DNA of 63,631 bases, filler included, from Craspedostauros australis (Eukaryota): NCBI GenBank assembly GCA_030167865.1. It is 8 parts of 8 records of this genome, joined end to end, with 100 filler letters (N's around TTAATTAATTAA, not from the genome) between each part and the next. Parts side by side here need not be neighbours in the genome. Positions count along the whole stretch, not along the records: positions 10,048 to 34,933 come from JALAGF010000238.1; positions 35,034 to 39,344 come from JALAGF010000239.1; positions 39,445 to 56,775 come from JALAGF010000241.1; 5 more parts are not named here. One strand, 5' to 3'. The position numbers were made by a program, and so were the translations under genes. Below are positions 34,798 through 44,848 of this stretch, one piece after another. The notes under the pieces were generated by a model. The model saw only the letters and a program-made list of their open reading frames with translations, was not told the origin of the DNA and searched no databases. Numbering within the stretch: the first letter of the stretch is position 1; every line of letters starts with the position of its first letter.

Positions 34798-34919
34798 ATG
34801 GAAACCAGCAACATCCAATCGTCTCGGAATACAACGAAGCGCATTGGCAATCTGTACGACGCAGACGACAGTGCTTCGCCAATCACCACAACATCGTCTT
34901 CACCTCGGCTGCCAATCCT
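34798..34919 (+). CDS. Possible first exon of a gene cut by the gap (METSNIQSSRN...)
   Basis: ATG in an ACAATG context and a GTGAAT donor-like site at 34920. No recognisable domain. Confidence 0.25.
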
Positions 34920-35034
34920 GTGAATGATGCATGNNNNNNNNNNNNNNNNNNNNNNNNNNNNNNNNNNNNNNNNNNNNTTAATTAATTAANNNNNNNNNNN
35001 NNNNNNNNNNNNNNNNNNNNNNNNNNNNNNNNNG

Positions 35035-38000
35035 GCGGAGAACGTCGTCGGAGTCAGCTACAACCCTGGCTTCCATCTCTCAACCATCCGCGAAGGTGAA
35101 GATCTCCAGCCGTTTGTTGCTATCGCCCAGCGCAGCAATCTGCACAGCTCCATCGATATCATCATCGTGAACCCGGACACTCGCGTGCAATGCCCAGACA
35201 ACGTCACTGGGGAGATCTGGGTGGCGGGAGCGTCCGTTGCCGCTGGATACTACAATCAGCCACAGCTCAGCAAGGAGACCTTCCAAGCCACGCTGCGAGT
35301 GGAGGGTGATTCATCGTCCGATGCCGATGCCAGTGCCGATGGTAAGATGTACTTGCGCACAGGTGACTACGGATTCTATCAAGACGACTACCTCTACATC
35401 TGCGGCCGCAAGAAGGATATCATCATCGTCAACGGTGTCAACTACTATCCCCAAGACATCGAGCACGCCGTCGAGGAGGCATCATCCGCTGTCCGTCCAG
35501 GTTGCGTGGCCGCCTTCTCGTCCAACGATTCGGGCGACGATGGACAGCTGGAGATTGTCTTCGAGATCCGAGCTCGCCATGTGAAGGATGCCGAGACGGT
35601 CTGCCAACAAGTCAGAAGGAACGTCATCTCACAGATCGGATTGACACCGGCAACAGTCGCAGCCGTGGAAGAGCGATCCATCTCCAAAACGACGAGCGGA
35701 AAGATCCAGAGACGCCAAAATCGCCAGCGTCTCCATGAAGGAACGCAGAAGACGGTGCTGGATGTCATCGGAAAATCGAACTTCTTCAGTTCGCACGGCA
35801 GCAATCTTGCGGGTCAATCCAAGCGACTCTCGATGAGAATGTCCATCATCGAGAACGTCAACATCGAAGAGATGGACTTCTATGACCTTGTGAAGAGCTG
35901 TACAGGAACCGAAGTCAGCCCTGATGATGAGTGGAAGGATGTTGGATTGTCTTCCATGATGGAGCTGGAGCTCCGCCAGTCCCTTTCTGAACGATACAAC
36001 ACGACCCTTCCCGCAAACATCATCCAACTCTTTCCGAGAGTGATGGATCTCAAGACTTATCTCGAGGCATCAAAGGGAGAGCCCCTACCAACCAACCTCC
36101 CAACCCTCAAGAGGATCCTCTCCATCCCGAATGAGAAGTTTCTGTCCCAATCGACCGTCGCCATCATCCAGGCCATCGGTGCGCTCGTCGTGGTCCTCAT
36201 CTTCTCGCTCCCCATCGTCCCAGCGTACGAAGTTGGAAAAGCCATCGCCGGCTCCGACGTCCTCTCCGGTCATGAATGGGTGCTGCTACCCTTGATCGTC
36301 CCAGTCTGGGCCATTGCGCTCACCTTCGTGATCATCCTCTCGAAGTGGATTGTCATTGGCAGATACACAGAAGGGTATGCCAATCAGACCAGCATCTATT
36401 TCATCAGGTGGTGGTTCGTCGATCGGTTGGTCGAGATGTGGGAACGATTCGTCGGCCGCATCATCGGCAACACACTTTTGATGACGTTGTTCTACTACCT
36501 GATGGGTGCCGACATCCATCCCTCGGCCAGCGTGAACGCGACCGTCCGGGAGTTTGACCTGGTCAAGGTTGATGCTGGCGCCACGGTCAACACAAACATC
36601 CGATGCCGCATGTTCGGCCCGTGGAAGGATGAGCAGGAAGGCCCCAGCGTGAGATTTCGCAAGATTCAGGTTGGACCCAACGCTACGGTCGACGGCGCCT
36701 TGCTTCCTGGAGCCAGCGTCGGCTCTGGCTGCCACGTCCAGCGCATATCCGTGCTGGTGGAAGGTGCTCAAGCACCACCAAACACCTCGATCAGAGGCAA
36801 CCCAGCATTTGTCGATGCTCCTTCGTCGACTCTCAAGGGCGATGACGATGCATCCGCAACTGGAACAGCGAGTGGAGACACGGCATCCGACACATCCACC
36901 AACCCATTGATCGTGCTGGGAATGATGAAGCTTGTTTGGCTCGCCATCGAGCTGTACTTCGCATTCGCATGCTTCGTGGCTGCTGATCAGTTGGTCGGAG
37001 ATGGGCTTCCAGATTGGAGGTACTCCCCCATCGTCTACTGGATCGCCCTCTTTGGCCTCACGTCCGCCTGCTTCGTGATCACCAGCATCATCCTCAAGTG
37101 GGTGCTAATCGGCAAGAAGCGATCCGGTCCAGCGCGGACAGGAACATTCTCCAAGTTCGCTGACTGGGCTTGCGACTTCCACTTCTTCGTCGGAACAACA
37201 CTGATCCTCGACTTGACATTATACTCCCAACTTTGGAACCTCGTCCTCATGGCACACGGCATGGACATCGATATGAGATCGAGGGCAGTGACAATGCTGT
37301 TCCCCCCATCCAAGCTGGACCTCGTCACGGTCAAGCGATCCTTCATCTCCTATTGTGACCTCGATGTCGAAGAAGATGGCCAATACAAGGCGATCACCAT
37401 CGAAGACAGCACCATCGGCACGGTACTGGCTTGCGGCCCTGGTGTGACCATCCGCAGAGCCATGGTGACTCCCTGCACTCACGTCACCAGCGATATGATC
37501 AACACCGAGCATCATCCAAGCAACGTGCCTCTCTCCACATCCCAGTTCTTCATGCTCATGATCAACAACACCCTGCTGCATATCATCATCCTTGCGGCAG
37601 TGGCGGCCAGCCTCATCCCATCATATGAGCTGTTGGCTATCATGCTCAAGCCAGACACGACAACGGCGCTGGTTCCGATTGCCATTGCGGCATCCGCCAT
37701 CATCCAGACCCTCGTCTGGCTCGTTCTCTATCGAGTGATCAACACCATCACTCTCTTGGGAAGTGTTGCACGCGGAGGACCATGGTGTATTTCATTGTAT
37801 ATGGTCTACTTGTCCTACAGCAATTTCTTTCAGTCGTGGTCCTTCGAGGCAGTTGTTTGGGGCACACCGATGATGAACGCTGTGTTGCGATTCCGAGGAG
37901 CGACCATCCAGGGAAAGATGCTGTTCTTTGGATTCCGCATCTATGACGCTCCGCTGCTCACATTTGCTGACAGGACAGTGATCGATGACTCCATCATCAA

Positions 38001-38232
38001 CGGTCATGTCGGTGTGTTTTCCACGTTGTCGGTGGGAACATCCTACATCGATGGTCTGATGCACCAGATGTCGTTTGCGATGATGAGGAAGGGCTCAGCA
38101 ACGAAGGGCTCAGCAGCGAAGGGCACTGCCTTGGTGGAGCACGCTCCATGGAAGATGGTCAGCGACATGCAAACATCAGACACGAAGGTATCAGTGTCGA
38201 TATCTGATGGATCAGGAGATGAGGAAGTATGA
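35035..38232 (+). CDS. NRPS-like membrane synthetase: FAAL-type adenylation domain (5' half in gap), carrier domain, and three Pls/PosA-like TM plus beta-helix modules
   Basis: Adenylation motifs AENVV, GEIWVAGASVAAGYY, YLRTGDYG, GRKKDIIIVNGVNYYPQDIE and KTTSGKIQRR. Carrier motif DVGLSSMM. KWIVIGRY and KWVLIGKK follow TM pairs, with hexapeptide-like strings (IQVGPNATV...ASVGSGCHV). Confidence 0.9.
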   Translation, partial: AENVVGVSYNPGFHLSTIREGEDLQPFVAIAQRSNLHSSIDIIIVNPDTRVQCPDNVTGEIWVAGASVAAGYYNQPQLSKETFQATLRVEGDSSSDADASADGKMYLRTGDYGFYQDDYLYICGRKKDIIIVNGVNYYPQDIEHAVEEASSAVRPGCVAAFSSNDSGDDGQLEIVFEIRARHVKDAETVCQQVRRNVISQIGLTPATVAAVEERSISKTTSGKIQRRQNRQRLHEGTQKTVLDVIGKSNFFSSHGSNLAGQSKRLSMRMSIIENVNIEEMDFYDLVKSCTGTEVSPDDEWKDVGLSSMMELELRQSLSERYNTTLPANIIQLFPRVMDLKTYLEASKGEPLPTNLPTLKRILSIPNEKFLSQSTVAIIQAIGALVVVLIFSLPIVPAYEVGKAIAGSDVLSGHEWVLLPLIVPVWAIALTFVIILSKWIVIGRYTEGYANQTSIYFIRWWFVDRLVEMWERFVGRIIGNTLLMTLFYYLMGADIHPSASVNATVREFDLVKVDAGATVNTNIRCRMFGPWKDEQEGPSVRFRKIQVGPNATVDGALLPGASVGSGCHVQRISVLVEGAQAPPNTSIRGNPAFVDAPSSTLKGDDDASATGTASGDTASDTSTNPLIVLGMMKLVWLAIELYFAFACFVAADQLVGDGLPDWRYSPIVYWIALFGLTSACFVITSIILKWVLIGKKRSGPARTGTFSKFADWACDFHFFVGTTLILDLTLYSQLWNLVLMAHGMDIDMRSRAVTMLFPPSKLDLVTVKRSFISYCDLDVEEDGQYKAITIEDSTIGTVLACGPGVTIRRAMVTPCTHVTSDMINTEHHPSNVPLSTSQFFMLMINNTLLHIIILAAVAASLIPSYELLAIMLKPDTTTALVPIAIAASAIIQTLVWLVLYRVINTITLLGSVARGGPWCISLYMVYLSYSNFFQSWSFEAVVWGTPMMNAVLRFRGATIQGKMLFFGFRIYDAPLLTFADRTVIDDSIINGHVGVFSTLSVGTSYIDGLMHQMSFAMMRKGSATKGSAAKGTALVEHAPWKMVSDMQTSDTKVSVSISDGSGDEEV

Positions 38233-39444
38233 GGAAGCACAGAGAAGAGTGGCTCTAAGGAAGTATCGATCTGCGCGGCACTAGGTAGCATTAGAAAATG
38301 AATGAGCACGGATTGTCGACTCATCCTTCCCCATATTATGTAACCACGGACTCGGCGCAATGCAATATAATGCAATCCAACATGATGCAATACAATACTC
38401 GTATGGATACTCTTCGAGTATGATACTGTTCTAGTAGACCCTGGCTCTTGCCTACCCATCCACTCCAACCTACGGATGCAATCTGTGCCACGCACCAAGT
38501 GCATCCGAATGAAGCTGTGCAATTATTATTGTCGGTTATTAGAGCTAAACTAGAATAGCATTTAGGTCAGGGAGGAATTTCCCAGCACTCAAGACTCGCC
38601 TTCCCACGACATGGTCCGAACCACGTCTCGGGATATCCATAAAGAAATTCGTCCACGATAAAAGTCCAAAATTGTCTCAGGAGACCAAGCGGATTCGAGG
38701 GGTGCCAAAAATGGTCTCCTCAGACCAAAATCAAGCAACGTGACGTTTTATCGCGATGGCATTTTCTTCGACCACCTCGACTAAAACTATTTGTTCGCGC
38801 TCACTTTTTCCCCCCCTCATATCGTTTTTTCCGATTTCTCACAATGTCCTGGCATGCCCTCCTGTTTACTATGGCTCAATGCTTCTCCTGGATGCATTGA
38901 GCCACTTGCATCTCATCACAGTTCTTCGTATACATACATTCATTGCATGCTTGTCCACGTCCTCCACGCTCTTCACAGGACATGATCGTTCCGCAGCGTT
39001 CTTCCTCTTGTATCACAATGATTTGTGGCCGCGCCTCTTCACAGGAACAATACACCACCCCATATTTGATGGACGTTTGTGTGTTATTACTTTGCTATAT
39101 GTTACATCTTGACCCATTCCCATGGCTGTACTTTCCTTGTTGAGCAGCTGCTCACGTTCGCGGTCGTTGTGGAGTTGTCTCCGAGCGCGTCCACCGTCTC
39201 TGTGGAGCTGGTGCATCGGTGTTTTGCACCACCCCTACTTGGTACATCACCTTCATCTATCTTCCCTTGCCACCCACTCCAACACAGTGGAGGGCCTGCT
39301 TCATGAAGGGAGCTTCATTTTTGTGGCCCAGCTTTTCGAGCTTTNNNNNNNNNNNNNNNNNNNNNNNNNNNNNNNNNNNNNNNNNNNNTTAATTAATTAA
39401 NNNNNNNNNNNNNNNNNNNNNNNNNNNNNNNNNNNNNNNNNNNN

Positions 39445-40414
39445 TGCCTGATACGCTGGTGGCCATCACCACGTTGACCCTGTGCTTGTGGTTGAGATGC
39501 ATGGCGGCACGGTCGCACAAGTAGAACAACAGGGTCGATGAAAACCACTGGAAGGTCTGACTTCGGCTGCCTGGGTGTCGGCGGTGCTTCGCGTCGAAGG
39601 TATGTGCGATCGTGATGAAGTACATGACGAAGACGAGGTGGTGGATGGCATAGAACAGCTCGTACGGGATGGCGTATCGGAAGTAGGATGTTACGCCGAT
39701 GATCATCAAGCAGGCGAGGATGGCGTATCCCGTGATCGCGATCTCGGTTGTGAACTTGTCGCAGAATCCCTCCTCGCCGTCNNNNNNNNNNNNNNNNNNN
39801 NNNNNNNNNNNNNNNNNNNNNNNNNNNNNNNNNNNNNNNNNNNNNNNNNNNNNNNNNNNNNNNNNNNNNNNNNNNNNNNNNNNNNNNNNNNNNNNNNNNN
39901 NNNNNNNNNNNNNGGAGAGGGATGCGATGCTCAGCCGCGACATTGTCAGCGGGAGCAAGGCCATCTGGAACAAGATGGCATGTGAGCATCCAAACTCCAC
40001 TGGTGGCACCAGGCGCTTCCACCAATACCAGCTGGCCCCGTCCGGGGTTTTGTTCTCTTCGAGCTGGAATTTTTGCAACGCAAAGTGGGTGAACACCACC
40101 ATGGTGGTCATGAAGTGGATGAGGAAGAAGACCAAGAGCTTGCGCTCGGCGTAGAGGTAGATCACAGAGCGGTAAATTGTGGCTGGTTCGAGGAGTTGCT
40201 TGGCCTTGCGGAAGATGTGACGTTGCTCATCTTGTGCTGAGACGGTTCCTGACGATTGTGCTTCATCTTGAAACTTGCGGCACGGATTGCTTGCCGTGCC
40301 TGCCACATCGTGACAGCTGCTGCTGGTCTCACCTTCCTTGCTCTCGTTGGCCATGGCTACCTCTTCGTTGTTGTGAGAAGAGCCGAGCTCCAGATTTTGT
40401 TCTGCCTTGTCCAT
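39445..40414 (-). CDS. NADPH oxidase/ferric reductase-family flavocytochrome, partial (internal 132-N gap, 3' end in gap)
   Basis: TM region with PYELFYAIHHL...ITIAH (heme-ligand His pattern) and FYLCDR. Short N-terminus with no EF-hands visible. Confidence 0.85.
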
Positions 40415-41964
40415 CGTTGAGTGTTGTGCTTCGTTTCGATGGCGGTTGGAGCAATCGAGGGTCTACTCTACAACTTTTGTGGTGGTGTTGCTTGACTTGA
40501 CGTGGTTCGTTTGTGGTAAGTGGTCTCCGCGGACAGAGCAGTGGTTTCTCGGTTGCCTATCTGCCGATTTTCAGTATTTTATGGACAGATCAGCCACTTC
40601 ACCCGTCACAGGCGAGCCTTCCCGAGATGGCCACGAGCTACAAATCCAGAATGTCGTGGCCACAGATATGAAGAGCTTGTACAACATCATACAATAGCTC
40701 GTACACCAAAGCTGATCCTTTCTACTGTTGTTGGTGCTCGTACATTTGCTTCCTCTTGCGCCACCCAACTCATTGACTTTTACTGCATCAACGCCTACCT
40801 CTCACAGGGCACAAGGTCCACCTGGACCGAAACATCACGAATGTTTCACCACGTGAGATTTTTGTATTTTGATCGTTTGTCGTGAAGATGTGTGGTGCGC
40901 GCATGAGTTCGCGCACGAGTGAACACACGAGTACTCGCACGATTACCTGCGCAAGGGTGGGGCGCCGCAGTGCAATCGGCACAGGTGAACCGCAATGTGA
41001 GCGCAGCAAAGAGAGAGGAAAGTATCATTGTGTACCTTGTGCACCATGTTCAGCCAATCCAACACGCGTAGATGATGAACCGGGACCGCGCAGCTGTGGG
41101 GGCGAGCTGTAGCGGAGCGTGGCATGTGATGTTCCGCTCATCCATCCTGCATACGTATGGGAGCTCGGAGACTACAGTATTCCAATCGTTGTGCCGTTCT
41201 TCAACTTCGTGTTGTGGCCCACATGCTTGGGACAAGTTGGGAGCAGGAAGCCGCCTGCGCGGTTTCCATGATTCACATCACGCAAGTTGCAACAAATGCG
41301 AGATACCAGTACGCGCGATCACACACCAGCCCGGGCATTATGTTGTATTGGGTGAACGAAAGGGGGAAGCCGGCCACAACTCCAGGACGGCCAGCACATC
41401 TGCAAACAGGAAAGCCAGTTCGCCAGTTCCGAACTTTACCCCTGCGCAGAAGGGGCGTCGTTGTAGCTCTTGGAGGAGTTCGGCATTGGGACTTGTCGTG
41501 GCTCGATGGTGGGTTGGATATCACCGTTTCGGAGCCGATAAATGCAAGTGTTCTTTATGGAGGCCTCGCCATTTCCTCTACCCTCTACCCTCTACTCTAC
41601 GACCTACTATATTCACTCTTGCCCGCAATGATGCAACGCAGAGTGGTGTAGGTCGTAGCTGTGTCTACAATGTTCAATCGGAGATGTTTGGGTGGTTGGA
41701 GTGGAAGGCTTCACCGAACACGCATCCACGACTCTTGCGAAGGCCCAAGAGACATTTGTGGGCTGTGACATCATTGAGTCTGTGTAATGCAACAACGAAC
41801 AAGGGACAGCCTTGCATCCATCACGTCATGTCACCTTTTCTTGAGTATCATCACCACAGGTGGATCTTTTTTGTTGCGGTAAACGGTGGCCACCCATCCT
41901 TCACCGATCCTCATTCGCACCAAGCTGGCAAGGACACAAGTAATGGAGTGGACAATAATACGAG

Positions 41965-43821
41965 ATGATGCAAGCAGACTCGGGCATTGCTTGTGATGAC
42001 AAGACTGCACCCATCAACGATCACGATGACACCAACGACAGAGCCAAGTGGTTGCGAAATGCCCAACATCGCAAGAACAAGCGCCAGCGCAAGCAGGATC
42101 GCAAGATGCGTCGTGTGCAGCAACTCATTGCGCAGCTGAGGTTGCCTGTGATTCCATTGCCGCCGCCTCTTCCATGGGCAGATCAGGACGCGGATCTATC
42201 TTGCGTCATTCTGGAGGATGATGATGAGACTGGCAACGGCAATTCTTCGACATCGCCGACCGTCCAATCGATGCCCTCCAGCATCCACGGCTGGTACCGT
42301 CCAATTCCTGAAATGACATCAGCCGAGTCACAAGCATTGTGGAGCGAGGTTCCTGCTATATGCCAACCTGAATTCAGCGCGACCGCGATCCACAATCGAG
42401 CAATGACGAATGGCAGGTACCTTGCCATGGAGGAGCACCGACGCACGAAACTGCTGAAGAAATGGAAGAAGCAGCATGCCAACGGAGTGCTCACGGAAGC
42501 GGCGCACAAGGCCAAGGTCGAAGAATTGGAAGCGACCAGGTGCCTTGCGTCTGATCCTTTCGATGCGCGCAGCGCAGCAACGAGTGATGATCAAGGCGAC
42601 GGTATTGGCAGTGCAACGGCGAAAAAGGAGACGCGGAAACGGCAGCAGGTTGAGAACATTGCGCAGCTGCTCCAAGATTGCCAACGACGGTGGTTACGTC
42701 GCGATGCCCCGTCCCAAATGAAGATGCCCACATCGTACGATGCAACGCAGGGACGAACCAACGTTATTGTCGACTTTGGCAGTGGCAGCGGCAACTTGAC
42801 GTTGCCTCTGGCCGCCAAATACCCGCGATGGCTGTTCGTTCTGGTGGATCAGAAAGGCCCGTGCTTGGAGATGGCGCGGCATCGCATCCGCGAGAGCAAG
42901 CTTCGGAATGTGGTGACCATGCAGTATCAGCTGACCCTGTCCAAGTTGCATGGTGACTTTCTGGCGCAACTACGACAAGTGATTGATTCAGCGATGGCAA
43001 CGGTGACAGCGACAGTTTCTGCGGGCGGGGACGGCAGTGGAGATCACCATCGTGATCACCGTCGTAATCGGGATGCCAACCGACTGTTTAACTTGGGAAT
43101 CGGCTGGCATTCCTGCGGTTCTTTCACTGACATGGTGCTGGATATTTGCAGCAGCCCGTCGGTGCGTGCGGACTGCATCGTCTGCCCGTGCTGCAATGGC
43201 GGGTTGGAAACGACGGCGTACCTGCGCGTGCAAAAGAATGAGCAGCGGGCATCCATGGATGACGACAAAGGTCGCGACTCTCAGGAGATTCGTGGAGAAG
43301 CGGCGACGCAAAAGACAGAGAAGGAGACCATCCAGCAGTACACGTTCCCACGGAGCTCATGGTGGAATTCAGCACCACCAGGAGGCACGAGCATGCAGCA
43401 ATTATCTGCATCAACTTCAAAAGCGGCTCCCTTTTGGCTTCAGTCCAGCGCAAAGCACGGTGCTGGCGCTGTGAACGAGGGCGGGAGCAGTGTTGATGAC
43501 AATGATGAAAGAGAAAAGGCGGGGAATTCATTGTCCACTTCGGATTACCTGACGGTGCTGTGCAAGGCGGCCGATCACAACCAGCTGAACAGTGCTGCTG
43601 CTGTTGCTGCTAGCAAGACGGAGATGACGAAGGTTGAGAAAGAAGGAAACGACGGCAACGGCGAATCCAAAAATACGGTGTGCGATGCCAAGGCATGGAT
43701 GGAGATGGATCGATATCTATGGGCATACGAGCAGGAAGTATTCACACGCATGCATCTGCTGACGCTGTCACCGCTCTCCTGCAGCCCGAAGCACCACGTC
43801 CTTTACTTGGCCCACGGCTGA
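41965..43821 (+). CDS. Class I SAM methyltransferase (GSTCD/Methyltransf_32-like)
   Basis: RKRQQVENI, IVDFGSGSGNLTLPLA, GWHSCGSFTD, CPCC and C-terminal P.SCSPKHHVL. Confidence 0.88.
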   Translation: MMQADSGIACDDKTAPINDHDDTNDRAKWLRNAQHRKNKRQRKQDRKMRRVQQLIAQLRLPVIPLPPPLPWADQDADLSCVILEDDDETGNGNSSTSPTVQSMPSSIHGWYRPIPEMTSAESQALWSEVPAICQPEFSATAIHNRAMTNGRYLAMEEHRRTKLLKKWKKQHANGVLTEAAHKAKVEELEATRCLASDPFDARSAATSDDQGDGIGSATAKKETRKRQQVENIAQLLQDCQRRWLRRDAPSQMKMPTSYDATQGRTNVIVDFGSGSGNLTLPLAAKYPRWLFVLVDQKGPCLEMARHRIRESKLRNVVTMQYQLTLSKLHGDFLAQLRQVIDSAMATVTATVSAGGDGSGDHHRDHRRNRDANRLFNLGIGWHSCGSFTDMVLDICSSPSVRADCIVCPCCNGGLETTAYLRVQKNEQRASMDDDKGRDSQEIRGEAATQKTEKETIQQYTFPRSSWWNSAPPGGTSMQQLSASTSKAAPFWLQSSAKHGAGAVNEGGSSVDDNDEREKAGNSLSTSDYLTVLCKAADHNQLNSAAAVAASKTEMTKVEKEGNDGNGESKNTVCDAKAWMEMDRYLWAYEQEVFTRMHLLTLSPLSCSPKHHVLYLAHG

Positions 43822-44848
43822 TCTCCTCGCAAAACGCGTCTCGCTCTCTGTAGACAAACAAGGAAGATGGTCGCTCTCTAGAGATGGTATCACACTTTGT
43901 TGTGCATGCACCGCTGTTTGCAGTGTCCATCATGCAGGCTATTCGTATTATAATATGGTGTTTGAGTCCAATTGCCTCTTCCTCAAAATGTGAGACTGAC
44001 TTCGATATCTAGCTTGGAGTTCTAGTATATCCGTTGGACGAGCATGCTGACATTTTGTGTTTACAGGACCATGCATGCCGGCGTAACGTCTCACATGTTG
44101 CAACAAGCAATCGTGCAGACACGTGACATGAAATCGCCATCTGGACATGCCCAAAAACAATTGACTCTTCTCCAAAACGCTGCCGGTTCCTGTTCGTGTT
44201 GATGAATCATGTGACGAAACCGAGAAAGCTCGTGTCGAGGCGTGATATTTCCTTCCACCCACGATTGCGACGAAGAACATGAACAAATGGAACCATGTGA
44301 ACACACACAAAGACCTTCATGGACTGGACCCAACCATGAGCCACCAACAGCACCACTTCACATCACTGCTCCACACACTTACACCCCACAACGACGAATG
44401 CGACAATACTTGACATCACGGCAACACATCACGGCAACACATCACAGGAGAACCAGAGACCACGAGAGACCTGCTCCAACTCTGCATTGGGAGGTCCATT
44501 CTGAAACGCTCGTAGTCTTGATGGTCGTGGCTTGAAAGCGCTTCCGTCCACATCAGCAACCTCAGGTTCTCCTTCTCCCGGTTCCACGAACATTGCCTCT
44601 GCCACTACCAACACTCATTACTACACCCTTGTGGTCAGATCAAGGTGGTGGCCATTGATCAGGCTATTGTATCGCATTCCACGCTCATGCCCAAGTCCAA
44701 GTCCATCCTCATGATCACATTTGTGCGATAGTTCGAGTCTCCATCGATCCATCCATCGACGCAGGACGCGGAGTGAGAAAGCAAGTGTATGCCATCATCG
44801 CTGACGACACCAGCAACACCACCACCACCAACAACAACAACAGCAACA

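Noticed and set aside
41072..41968. 298-aa ORF upstream of the methyltransferase
   Set aside because: No motifs and a random-like amino-acid composition; probably intergenic.
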